Positions 27,274 through 36,254 of a stretch of DNA of 64,000 bases are shown in pieces. This DNA comes from a virus. A program made the translations under genes and the position numbers. The stretch is taken from the IMG/VR virus record IMGVR_UViG_3300021419_000004, positions 4,460 through 68,459 of that record, one strand, 5' to 3'. The notes under the pieces were generated by a model, which saw only the letters and a list, made by a program, of their open reading frames with translations, had not been told where the DNA came from and did no database searches. Numbering within the stretch: the first letter of the stretch is position 1; each line of letters begins with the position of its first letter.

Positions 27274-27305
27274 GGTGGGCAGGTGGGCAGGTGGGCAGGT
27301 GGGCG
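27274..27305 (+). repeat. 4 x 8-bp tandem repeat GGTGGGCA
   Basis: Between convergent genes. Confidence 0.9.
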
Positions 27306-27311
27306 CCCCGG

Positions 27312-27914
27312 CTACCCCTCCAAGAACTCTTCCCAGCCCTCTTCCTGTAGCTGGTCTACCAGCTCGGAGACGATGAAGCGCCCCAGGGCCTCCGGGTCCC
27401 TGAGGGCGGCCGCGCTGAGCTCCAGCGAAACTTCGGCCACGTCGTAGTCCTCGCCGTCGTCCCCTTCGATCTCGACCAAGCCGGACAGCTCGACCGTCAC
27501 GTCAGGGTCAGCTGCGCTGGTGGCGGCGAGCTCTTCCTCCAGCACCTGCAGCAGCACCTCCGCCTGCTCTTCGACCATCTGCGCCCCGCGATCCTTGAAC
27601 CAGCGCAGCAGCTTGCTCTTCGCCTGGCCGAAGAGCCCATCGCCCGCACCCTCAGCAGCGGCCTCGAGCTCCTCCGCCAGCGTGGCCCAGACCTCGCGGA
27701 AGACCTCCGGGTCCCGGAAGTCCGGGGGCACCTCGGCGGTGCGGCGGGCCTCCTCCTGGGCGTGGAAGGCGGCGGCAGCAGCCTGGAGGTTCGGGTGCTT
27801 CTCCTCCAGGCGACGGGCGGCCTTGAGGGCCGTCTTGGCCTCGTTGGCGGGTGTGTCAGGGTGCTCCGCGAGGGCGAGCAGCTTGATGTACTTCTCCAGG
27901 GCCTTGGCATCCAT
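27312..27914 (-). CDS. DUF2786-like N-terminal domain protein
   Basis: KLLALAEHPDTPANEAKTALKAARRL. Confidence 0.65.
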   Translation of the reverse strand: MDAKALEKYIKLLALAEHPDTPANEAKTALKAARRLEEKHPNLQAAAAAFHAQEEARRTAEVPPDFRDPEVFREVWATLAEELEAAAEGAGDGLFGQAKSKLLRWFKDRGAQMVEEQAEVLLQVLEEELAATSAADPDVTVELSGLVEIEGDDGEDYDVAEVSLELSAAALRDPEALGRFIVSELVDQLQEEGWEEFLEG

Positions 27915-27989
27915 GGGTGTCCTCTCCGTTTGGGTGCATCGGCATCTTAGCGGCTGGAGGCGTTGACTGCCTGTGGGGCGATCGTTTGC

Positions 27990-28027
27990 TGAACGCGTTC
28001 ACTGAATGCATTCACTGAATACGTTCA
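27990..28027. promoter_or_regulatory. Three tandem 12-bp TGAA-N4-TTCA palindromes (13-bp period) in a divergent promoter region
   Basis: TGAACGCGTTCA, TGAATGCATTCA, TGAATACGTTCA; promoter TTGCAC-N17-TAAGCT at 28082-28110. Confidence 0.75.
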
Positions 28028-28160
28028 CCGAAACACCGTGCGCAACTTTTGAGCACGCAGCCTCACCACACGATCACCCCCTTGCACGCCCCCCTCAGAA
28101 CCCGTAAGCTCTCCACAGCCAGTCTCCAGACGCCGGAGTGCCACATAGAGGACGAACTCG

Positions 28161-30044
28161 ATGAGCTACGATGATCTGGAGCCAGGTCTGGATGGGCCTG
28201 ATGATGGCGGCATCTTCGGCGACCAGGGAGATGTGCATCAGCGCCTGATGGGCGTTGGCGACGGCATGGGCGGTATGGGGGGCGGTCCGCCGCTCCCCAG
28301 CGCCTCGGCTCCCAGCCTCATGCAGCAGCACAGCCTGGGCAGTGACACCGTGCTGCGGGTCCAGCGGCGGGATGAGCACGACGGGCGCATCAAGGATCTG
28401 GGCACCTTCCCGGCCACGCTGAACTCCGACGCGCTGGTACGCCGGTTGGGACGTCCGGGCTCCTACATCCTGACGCCGGTCAATGGCATCGGGCAGCGCG
28501 CGGGCACACCCATCTCCTTCGATGTGGACCCGGCGCACGAGGCCCTGCGCAGCCTTCCTACCGTTGCGGAGAGTGCAGCCGGCGGAGGCGCCAGCCTGGG
28601 TGAAGTGCAGCAGCTGGTGGCCGCCACCATGGCACCGCTGCTCCAGCAGCTCCAGCAGCGAGAGGCCCGCCTGGACGCGCACGAACGGCGCCTTCTGGAG
28701 CAACAGTCGAAGCTCGAGGACGCCCGTGTGGCGACGCTGACCCTGGCCAACGACGCACAGATCAACGCCGCCGACAAGGCCATGGACGCAGCAACGGCCC
28801 GCATGCAGGAGCAGCAGCAGTCCTTCGCGCAGACCATGATGGCCCTGCAGGAGGCCTCTGAGCAGCGCCACCAGCAGGCCATGGAGCAGCAGAAGGCCGC
28901 CAACGATGTGCTCCTGACCCGCATCATGGCCATCAACGACGCCGACCAGCAGCGGGCGAAGGACTGGATGGCGATCCAGCAGCAGGCCCTGCAGCAGCAG
29001 CAGGAAATCCTGGCCAGCAACAACCAGATGATGATGGCTCGCTGGGACAACGAGCGGGCCTCCGAGAAGGAGCGCATGGAGCGCGAGGACACCAGGCGCC
29101 AGCAGCAGGCAGCCTCGGACCTGGAGCGCCAGCGCGAGCACAGTCGCACGGTCCTCGCGCTCCGCGAGCAGCAGGCCGAGGCGGCCTCGGGCATGGGTTC
29201 TTTGGAGAGGCTGGTGGAGCTCAAGAAGGTCATGGACCAGCTGGGGGGCGGCGAAGCGGGCGAGAAGCCCCTCATCAGCCAGATCGTGGACGGCCTCAAG
29301 GAAGTGGCCGGCCTCGGAACGGAGCTGGTGAAGGCCAGCAACGCCGCGAACGACGCTGAGGTGGGCATCGAAGAGGAGATGGCCCGGGAGCAGGCGCTGC
29401 ACCAGCAGGCGCAGCAGGAGCAGATGCTCCGACAGCAGGCGCTGATGCAGCAGCAGGCAGCACTCCAGCAGCAGGCGCAGGCGCAGCCACCCCAGCACAC
29501 GCCACTGGCCCTGCCCCCTCCTGACCCCTTCGATGAGTTCAACGCGACGGAGCTGGCGACTGCTGACCAGCAGCCTGCGAGCGTGGCGGTCGCTGCCACT
29601 GCGGCGGCTGCGGCGGACCCCTTCGCGCCGGCCGCGCAGCCCGCTCTGCCCGTGCAGCAGGCCCAGCCGGCCGCAGATCCCTTCGCGCCTTCTGCGCCCT
29701 CCACAGCACTGGCGGCGCCGGCAGTCGCGCCCCCAGCCGCCGCTTCCCGCCTGCCTGCGCAGACTCTGGCCACCGCGCGCGCGGCCTTCCGCTGGGCCGC
29801 CGGCCAGATCCTGGCGCAGCCTCCGGGGGAGTGGCAGACGATCATCACGGGCGCCCTGGCGCAGGCGCACTCGGCCATCGTCCCCTATGTGCAAGAGGTC
29901 GGTGTGACCCAGGCCCTGGGAGAGGCGGGACTCCCTCCCCAGATCACCGCTCAGGTCATCGCGGGCATGCAGCAGAATCCCCTCTTGGCCAGCGCCCTGG
30001 AGAGCAACTACAACATGACGGTGGCCCAGCTCCGCTGGCACTGA
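28161..30044 (+). CDS. Gln-rich long coiled-coil protein
   Basis: Small N-terminal domain, Q/E/A heptads, DPF repeats, helical C-terminal domain. Confidence 0.8.
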   Translation: MSYDDLEPGLDGPDDGGIFGDQGDVHQRLMGVGDGMGGMGGGPPLPSASAPSLMQQHSLGSDTVLRVQRRDEHDGRIKDLGTFPATLNSDALVRRLGRPGSYILTPVNGIGQRAGTPISFDVDPAHEALRSLPTVAESAAGGGASLGEVQQLVAATMAPLLQQLQQREARLDAHERRLLEQQSKLEDARVATLTLANDAQINAADKAMDAATARMQEQQQSFAQTMMALQEASEQRHQQAMEQQKAANDVLLTRIMAINDADQQRAKDWMAIQQQALQQQQEILASNNQMMMARWDNERASEKERMEREDTRRQQQAASDLERQREHSRTVLALREQQAEAASGMGSLERLVELKKVMDQLGGGEAGEKPLISQIVDGLKEVAGLGTELVKASNAANDAEVGIEEEMAREQALHQQAQQEQMLRQQALMQQQAALQQQAQAQPPQHTPLALPPPDPFDEFNATELATADQQPASVAVAATAAAAADPFAPAAQPALPVQQAQPAADPFAPSAPSTALAAPAVAPPAAASRLPAQTLATARAAFRWAAGQILAQPPGEWQTIITGALAQAHSAIVPYVQEVGVTQALGEAGLPPQITAQVIAGMQQNPLLASALESNYNMTVAQLRWH

Positions 30045-30072
30045 GGGGCCACAAGGCCAGGAGAGGACGACG

Positions 30073-31152
30073 ATGAGACTGACCTTGAAGACGAAGGGCC
30101 TGGAGGCCGTGCTGGAGTTCACAGCTGCCGAGGCGGCCGAGTTCGCGCAAGCGGTGCCTGCAGGCCTGGCGGAGAAGGCGCGCCAGACGGCAGCGGCTCA
30201 CCTGGCCTCCCTACTCGACCAGTGGGCAGCGGAGGACAGGGAGGCGGCGGCGGCCACACCAACCGCGCCCACCGCCGAAACTACACCGCTCAGCGCCGAT
30301 CGGTTCCAGGGCCTGCTGGACCACGTTTACGCCGCCCTCGGCGCGTCTCGGGATGATTCAGTGCCCCTGGAGATGGTCTACTGGACAACGTGGAAGGAGG
30401 GTCTCCAGAACACCCGACAGCTGGATCTCATCGACTTCACTGTAGACGTGGGCGATGTGGAGGCGGTTCGGGAGATCCTCGGGCGCAGGCTGGGCCGCGC
30501 TCAGGGTGAAGTAGAGGGCGACTACCCCTTCTTCGACTTCTACGACGACCAGGGCCGGAAGATCGCCCGTGCCTCCACTGCCCCCACTCCGGGCGTCGTC
30601 GTCGGTGAGCAAGAGGACGTGACCCTCCCGGGGCAGCCGACGGACGCACCTGTTCCCGTCGAGGAGATCGCAGCCGCCCGCCCGCCCATCGACCCCCTGG
30701 CGCCGCCTGCCCAGCCTCCGGCCGCTGACGCCCACGCCCGGGAGACGCCCGCGCAGAAGGCTGAACGCATCTACCTCACCAAGCGGGCCAAGGCCGCTGA
30801 GACCGATCCGGCGCTGGCCGGCGGCCCGGCAGTGGATGTACCGGCGACCCTGCAGCGCCTGAACGAGTGGATCGCCGGCTGGGTGCAGCACGGCCAGGAG
30901 CCTGACGGAACGAACCGGGTTCTCCGGCTCGCCCAGGACCGAGAGGCTGTGACTTTGTGCTCCTACCTGGGCGGCCTGGTCGGTGCCGCTGATCTCCTGG
31001 GCTGTGATCTGGCTGCCCCCGCCATCAACTGGAAGCCGGTCGGACACCATCCGTGGCAGCCTACCTGGCGGGACACCATCATCGCCGCCACGACCGTCGC
31101 TGGGACCCTTCCCATGGTCCCGTCTGAGGTGGCCGCCGCGCTCCGCAGCTGA
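30073..31152 (+). CDS. Hypothetical protein
   Basis: GAGGACGAC RBS. Confidence 0.75.
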   Translation: MRLTLKTKGLEAVLEFTAAEAAEFAQAVPAGLAEKARQTAAAHLASLLDQWAAEDREAAAATPTAPTAETTPLSADRFQGLLDHVYAALGASRDDSVPLEMVYWTTWKEGLQNTRQLDLIDFTVDVGDVEAVREILGRRLGRAQGEVEGDYPFFDFYDDQGRKIARASTAPTPGVVVGEQEDVTLPGQPTDAPVPVEEIAAARPPIDPLAPPAQPPAADAHARETPAQKAERIYLTKRAKAAETDPALAGGPAVDVPATLQRLNEWIAGWVQHGQEPDGTNRVLRLAQDREAVTLCSYLGGLVGAADLLGCDLAAPAINWKPVGHHPWQPTWRDTIIAATTVAGTLPMVPSEVAAALRS

Positions 31153-31220
31153 CACGCCGCGCGCCAGCGCACACACGCGTACCTGCGCGCACCCTTTCCC
31201 TACCCCCCAACGAGGACGAC

Positions 31221-32123
31221 ATGAGCAAGCATCTCGCAATCTCTGTGCTGGACGACATCGACGGCACTCCCATGCACCTGGACTACGACGGTGAACCGCC
31301 CGCAGACGAGCGGGACGGCCTGGGCTCCGAGCTCTTCGCCGCTGAGTTCCTGCCCCGCAACTGGTGCCAGGTGACCCTGACCATGAAGACGGCGAACCCC
31401 GAGTACGCCGCGGCCCAGAAGCAGTGGACTGAGACCCTCAACCAGGCCGTGATGGGCATGGCGATGCAGGGTGTTCGGGAACAGCTCGAGGCCACCGGCC
31501 AGCCCCTGGACGACAACGCCATCCAGCAGGCCGCCCTCCAGCTCCTGCAGAACGCCGCCGACCGGGCCTCCCTGGAGGCCCTGGCGGAGCAGCAGCTCGG
31601 CGGACCCCCGGACATCGAGCCCACGCGCCTGCGCGAGGAGGTGCTGCACTTCAAGCCCCAGCACTTCTTCCAGCTGTTGCGTAGCCTGCCCGGCGTGGAC
31701 CGCGACGGCTTCATCGCCCTGGCCACCGGACTCGGGCTGTCCGAGCAGCAGGCCGCCAAGCACGCCCCAGTGGCAGCCACCGGGAGCCCGCCGGTCACCG
31801 CACCGGCGCCTGTCCCGGCGGCTGCTCCCGCCCAACCCGCGCCGCAACCCGTCCCGCAGCCTGCTCCTCAGCCGGTTTCGGTGCCTCAGCCAGTCCCGAC
31901 TCCCCAGCCGGCACCGGGTCTCCCGAACCCGGCCATGGCGCCCGGCCTTCCCCAGCCGGCAACGACGGCACCCGGACTCCCGAACCCGGGCCTCACCCCT
32001 CAGGCACAGCCGACCCCGGCTGTGCCGGCCGCCGCACCGCCCCGGCCCGCGCCTCAGGCCGTCCCGGCTCCCTCAGGGCCCGTGGTGCCCCAGGTGGCGG
32101 ACATGAAGGACCCCTTCGCGTAG
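31221..32123 (+). CDS. Hypothetical protein with Pro-rich tail ending DPFA
   Basis: GAGGACGAC RBS. Confidence 0.75.
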   Translation: MSKHLAISVLDDIDGTPMHLDYDGEPPADERDGLGSELFAAEFLPRNWCQVTLTMKTANPEYAAAQKQWTETLNQAVMGMAMQGVREQLEATGQPLDDNAIQQAALQLLQNAADRASLEALAEQQLGGPPDIEPTRLREEVLHFKPQHFFQLLRSLPGVDRDGFIALATGLGLSEQQAAKHAPVAATGSPPVTAPAPVPAAAPAQPAPQPVPQPAPQPVSVPQPVPTPQPAPGLPNPAMAPGLPQPATTAPGLPNPGLTPQAQPTPAVPAAAPPRPAPQAVPAPSGPVVPQVADMKDPFA

Positions 32124-32244
32124 CGCTTTCGACAGGCCGCCGGTGAGACGAGACACCGGTGGCCCTTCGACTACTCCAGCGCGGGTGCGGAGTAGCCGGA
32201 GCGACGGACTGCACCGGCATGCGGCATGGCCGCTCGAGGACGAC

Positions 32245-32727
32245 ATGATCAAGGCACTGACGACCGTAGAGGTCGAGATGATCGAGGCCCAGGGACAGAA
32301 CGCGGACGACTACATCGCGGTGGAGTTGCCCACGTTGCCGGGAGGTTTCGGCACGGTGGGTATCGCCAAGCAAGAGCTCAAAGCGGACGGCAAACTGCTG
32401 GACGCGCAGGAGCTACTGGTTTGCAAGGCCACCTTCTCGATGGATCCGCGCATCTTCTCCGGTACCGGTGTGTCTCAGTTCGCGCCGCAGTCGGTAGAGG
32501 CAGCAGCGCGGCTCATCGGCCGCAACGTGGGCCCCATGCACATGCGCCTGGTCTACAGGAAGGACGGCCTGACGCCGAAGGCGCTGGCCAGCCAGGAGAT
32601 GGAAGCGGCGGAGTCGGGAGCTGCGGCATCCGGCCTGGATGGCGCTGAGGAGGTTGCTCCGAAGACCATGCCTGAGGAGGGTGCCTCCGTTGGCCGAGTC
32701 CGACTGCCAACGGAAAAGAAGCCTTGA
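32245..32727 (+). CDS. Hypothetical protein
   Basis: GAGGACGAC-ATG. Confidence 0.7.
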   Translation: MIKALTTVEVEMIEAQGQNADDYIAVELPTLPGGFGTVGIAKQELKADGKLLDAQELLVCKATFSMDPRIFSGTGVSQFAPQSVEAAARLIGRNVGPMHMRLVYRKDGLTPKALASQEMEAAESGAAASGLDGAEEVAPKTMPEEGASVGRVRLPTEKKP

Positions 32728-33059
32728 AGAAGCTCACCATCTACGTCTTCGATGGACCGCCCGAGAACGACATGATGCGGACCCCGGGCCTTCCCTCAGT
32801 GCAGGTCGAGGGCCTGAACTCCTTCACCGATCGGGAGCTGGCTGCCGTCTTCATGGGCACCTCCGGCTATCTGACTGCCGCCCGCCCGGGCTCCAGTCAG
32901 TACATCGCTGAGATCCTCCAGCACATGAACCTCATCGCGCCTGAGTCGGTGAAGGCTCACGTCGAGGCCATGACGGCGCCTCCGCCACTTGCCGAGGACT
33001 GGAGCTGGCTGGATGAGGTGCCCGTGCCTCCAGTGAGTGACGATGCAGGGGAGGAGTAG
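32724..33059 (+). CDS. Hypothetical protein
   Basis: TTGA overlap. Confidence 0.65.
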   Translation: MKKLTIYVFDGPPENDMMRTPGLPSVQVEGLNSFTDRELAAVFMGTSGYLTAARPGSSQYIAEILQHMNLIAPESVKAHVEAMTAPPPLAEDWSWLDEVPVPPVSDDAGEE

Positions 33060-33917
33060 GTGAGGGACTACACACCGGGCAAGCCTCGAGACTCCCTGCC
33101 CCCACTGAACAAGCGCTGCAAGGCCGTGCTTTCCACTGACCGATGGGGCGTGCGCCTCTTCCCGGTCTTCCTCCCCTGCAGCAACTCGGCGAAGGGCGCT
33201 CACGGTTACTGCGGCGCGCATGCACGCCACGCGGAGTGGTACAACCAGCAGCTCCAGGTCCTGGGCACAGAATGGGAAGAGCGGCAGTACCTCCACTGTC
33301 TGAGGCACTACGGGGACGAAGGCATGGAGGCGATCTGGACGACGCTCGAGGCCGAGATCCAGAGCAAGCCTCCTGCCAAGCAGAAGTCCATCCTGGGGCG
33401 CCTGAACAGCGCCAAGCTCTGGTGGGTCGAGTACGGAGCTCACCGGCGCCAGCAGCGGGCCGAGCGCCGCAAGGCAGGCGTCACCCAGGACGATGAAGTC
33501 CGCCAAGCGAGGCAGGCTCGGGGCATTCAAGAGCGCCGCCAGCAGGGTGAGCCCATCCGCGGGGCTGAGATCGGCCAGCGCGTGGCCCGGGTGGCGCAGC
33601 AGGCGCGCCGGGCACGGGGTGTGGAGGGCGCGGAGGCTGTGGAGGGCGCGTCGAGAGCACCGGCCATGCAACCTCCTCCCGCCCCACTTCCCCCCGACTC
33701 CCGAGTTCGCGTGCGTGTGCGTCCTCTAACGCTGGAGGACATTGAAGCCGGCCTGGCGCCCGTGCAGGCTGTGCATCCCGCACCCGTGCCCGCGTCCGCA
33801 CCAGCGACGACGACGACGGCCGCCGCCCCTGCCTCGTCTCCAAAGCCCACAGACCCTGCAGTTGCTGCCCGGGAGTCCCTCCTGGGGAGCTGGGCCAGCA
33901 AGAGGAGGAAGCGATGA
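33060..33917 (+). CDS. Zn-finger (C-C-C-H) protein
   Basis: RCKA...PCSNSAKGAHGYCGAH. Confidence 0.65.
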   Translation: MRDYTPGKPRDSLPPLNKRCKAVLSTDRWGVRLFPVFLPCSNSAKGAHGYCGAHARHAEWYNQQLQVLGTEWEERQYLHCLRHYGDEGMEAIWTTLEAEIQSKPPAKQKSILGRLNSAKLWWVEYGAHRRQQRAERRKAGVTQDDEVRQARQARGIQERRQQGEPIRGAEIGQRVARVAQQARRARGVEGAEAVEGASRAPAMQPPPAPLPPDSRVRVRVRPLTLEDIEAGLAPVQAVHPAPVPASAPATTTTAAAPASSPKPTDPAVAARESLLGSWASKRRKR

Positions 33918-34285
33918 CCCGACAACAACCGCAACAACCGCAGCCCCACGTCCTCGACCGCATGGGACTCAAGGCACCCTTCCACGTAGGGCCCATGGGC
34001 ATCTATGTGTTCGACGCCGACAACCGGATGGTCGCGGAGTTCACGGACCTGGAGATGCACCCCAGGGGATGGGGGCGCATCCGCAAGCAAGAAAACGCGG
34101 AAGACCTGTTCGGGCACTGGGAGAGGTGGCTGCTGTCTGCCTTCCTTCTGGAACCGCACAGCAAGCACGAGACGCCTGCAGCTGCTCTGGCTTGCATCCT
34201 CAACCAGATCGCAGCGAAGCGGGCCTCCATGAAGCGGATTCTCCGACCCCTCACCGTCCATCAACTCCGGGATCGGTGGAAGTGA
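33914..34285 (+). CDS. Hypothetical protein
   Basis: YVFDADNRMVAEF...RGWGRI; coupled. Confidence 0.65.
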   Translation: MTRQQPQQPQPHVLDRMGLKAPFHVGPMGIYVFDADNRMVAEFTDLEMHPRGWGRIRKQENAEDLFGHWERWLLSAFLLEPHSKHETPAAALACILNQIAAKRASMKRILRPLTVHQLRDRWK

Positions 34286-34545
34286 CAGTTGAGCTCGATG
34301 TTCGGAAGCTGCGCGGAAGCCTCACGGTCGCCGAGATGGCCCTACTACTCGGGTGCGCCCCGTCGTCGGTCTACCGGTGGGAGCAACAGAAGACCCCGAC
34401 CATCGACCCGGCACAGCGGCGCATCCTTCTGGTGCTGGAAGCGCACCCGGGCGACGAGCTCCGCGGAGAGCTTTCTCGAGCACTCGCGTTGCGAGGCACC
34501 CTCTACGCCCTCTACAAGCTGTTGGGGGTTCACTTCGGACCTTGA
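34282..34545 (+). CDS. XRE/Cro-like HTH regulator
   Basis: LRGSLTVAEMALLLGCAPSSVYRWEQ. Confidence 0.85.
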   Translation: MTVELDVRKLRGSLTVAEMALLLGCAPSSVYRWEQQKTPTIDPAQRRILLVLEAHPGDELRGELSRALALRGTLYALYKLLGVHFGP

Positions 34546-34576
34546 CGACCAAGTGACTCCCCGGCTACCTTGACGA

Positions 34577-34711
34577 GGCTGGGAGTTTGTGGGCCGTCCA
34601 ATGCCCCGTTGGTGCTCCCGGCCACCTCGCCTGGGAGGCCCTCCAGGTAGCCGCATAGGCCAAGCCCCCTGGACCGTTTCACGTTGGCGGGTCAGGGGGC
34701 TTCTGCTTTCT
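34577..34711 (+). ncRNA. Candidate structured small RNA with own promoter and terminator
   Basis: TTGACG-N18-TACCTT upstream; 10-bp stem GGCTGGGAGT/GCTCCCGGCC; ends in AAGCCCCCT/AGGGGGCTT hairpin plus T-rich tract. Confidence 0.5.
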
Positions 34712-34722
34712 GACTCGGCATC

Positions 34723-34751
34723 TTGACCTGACAAGACGCTCCGGCTATCGT
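34723..34751 (+). promoter_or_regulatory. Promoter TTGACC-N17-TATCGT, probably giving a leaderless mRNA
   Basis: ATG 34758 follows the -10 after 6 nt; no SD. Confidence 0.6.
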
Positions 34752-34757
34752 CCGCCC

Positions 34758-35819
34758 ATGTCGTCTCTCGCACTGTCCTGGCTCTCCCGTCAGCATGAGC
34801 TCAACGCACCCTTCCAAGAAGGACCGCAGCGCATTGGACCCGGGGGTATCCCGGACATGAGCGACATGCGCGGGCGCCTCTTCGGCGTCCCAGGCTTCCA
34901 CCGCTGGTCTGACCGCAAGAAGGTGCGCAAGCTGCGCGAAATGGCCGAAGCCTATGGCAACGACCCGCGCATGCGCTTCTTCACGGTCAACTCGGTGCTG
35001 AGGCCGGCGGGGGCCACCGACTTCCGCAACTACCGCCAGGTGGCGGAGACCCTGCTCAAGGCGGTGCAGGACGCCGGAACGCTCGGCATCATGTACACCA
35101 ACGAGCCCAATGAGCAGCTCCAGTCCCCGTGGTGGACACTCAAGGTGCGCACGGGGGACTGCGATGACATGTCTCTCTTGCTCGCTGCAATGGCGCATTC
35201 CGTCCGCCTGCCCTGGCGCTTTGTGCTGGCGGGTACTGCCCGGGGCGGACGGGCCCGATGGGCGGAGGGCGGCCGCATGCCTCGAGGCTTCCGCGCCAGC
35301 CACATCTACCTGGACCTGGGCTGGCCTCCCTTCTCCGAGGGCAAAAAGGATGCTCACGGACGCCCGGTCACCCAGTGGGCGCCGGCGGAGCCAACCCTGC
35401 GCGGTCTGCCCCTCGGGCATGACGTGGTGCTGCACGGCATCCCTGGTCAGGGACAGCGCCTGGATCTGGGCGGCGGGGTCGCCGGACACACGGCCGGGCC
35501 CTCCTGGGGCGGCTTCACGAACGGGGCCTACGGCGACTTCGGCGGCACCATCTACAGCCGCCGCGCCAACTGGGGCGACGCTGCGTTGGCGAGCAACGGA
35601 TCGACCGGTGGATCGACCGGTGGATCCACCGCGGAGGAGGAGGTCTACTACCTCCAGCCGACCAACGGCGCCCTCGCCCAGCTCCAAGACAAGCCCCTGG
35701 TCGGCATCGTCGCCCGGGCTGTCGCGTCCCTGGACGCATCTCTCATCCTCGCGGAGGCCATCGGGGCAGTCATCCAGGCTGTCATCGTGTCCTACGCCCT
35801 GTCCAAGCTCAAGCTGTAA
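34758..35819 (+). CDS. Transglutaminase-like cysteine protease (putative virion maturation enzyme)
   Basis: QSPWWTL...GDCDD (Cys), SHIY (His), WAPAEPT (acidic); first gene of the structural operon. Confidence 0.85.
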   Translation: MSSLALSWLSRQHELNAPFQEGPQRIGPGGIPDMSDMRGRLFGVPGFHRWSDRKKVRKLREMAEAYGNDPRMRFFTVNSVLRPAGATDFRNYRQVAETLLKAVQDAGTLGIMYTNEPNEQLQSPWWTLKVRTGDCDDMSLLLAAMAHSVRLPWRFVLAGTARGGRARWAEGGRMPRGFRASHIYLDLGWPPFSEGKKDAHGRPVTQWAPAEPTLRGLPLGHDVVLHGIPGQGQRLDLGGGVAGHTAGPSWGGFTNGAYGDFGGTIYSRRANWGDAALASNGSTGGSTGGSTAEEEVYYLQPTNGALAQLQDKPLVGIVARAVASLDASLILAEAIGAVIQAVIVSYALSKLKL

Positions 35820-35837
35820 CGCCAAGGAGACGAGACC

Positions 35838-36221
35838 ATGGCTGCAACCGAGATTGAGTCCTTCCTGACCCCTGAGACCTGCGAACGGGCCTACCGCATC
35901 GCGCGTCAGTGCCAGGAGAAGCGTGACTACGAGCGGGCCAGCTACGGCCTGCGCGCCGCCCGGGACCGCAACCCCAAGCTCCTCAAGACCCTGGAGGCGA
36001 TGGCCGAGGCCACCGACAAGGCCGAGGAGAACCAGCGCGGGCGCACCCGTCGCGGCATGTCCACGACCCACGCGGACAAGGCCAAGGCCACCGAGGTGTC
36101 CCTCTGCCGTGAGGCCTACAAGGCCGTGGACAGCAACAACCAGCCCGTCATGGGTCACTTCCAGTTCATCTACTACGGCGCCGCGTGCGTCGCCGGACTC
36201 GTCACAGGCCCCTACGGGTAG
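35838..36221 (+). CDS. Putative virion protein
   Basis: AAGGAG RBS; SYG, RDRNP, ends GPYG. Confidence 0.7.
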   Translation: MAATEIESFLTPETCERAYRIARQCQEKRDYERASYGLRAARDRNPKLLKTLEAMAEATDKAEENQRGRTRRGMSTTHADKAKATEVSLCREAYKAVDSNNQPVMGHFQFIYYGAACVAGLVTGPYG

Positions 36222-36254
36222 GCCACCAGCGGCTGGAGCCGCAAAGGAGATCAC

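Noticed and set aside
27990-28027. LexA/SOS box
   Set aside because: Resembles GAAC-N4-GTTC, but the spacing here is GAAC-N2-GTTC, so it is not called LexA
28161-30044. Tail tape measure protein
   Set aside because: No flanking tail genes or TM/Trp periodicity, and it lies outside the structural operon
31221-31270. Lsr2-like N-terminus (SVLDDIDG)
   Set aside because: Only a short match; no Lsr2 C-terminal RGR DNA-binding motif
32124-32244. tRNA or other known RNA in the hairpin-rich spacer
   Set aside because: Hairpins are present but there is no cloverleaf, T-loop or CCA; left as a probable processing or leader structure
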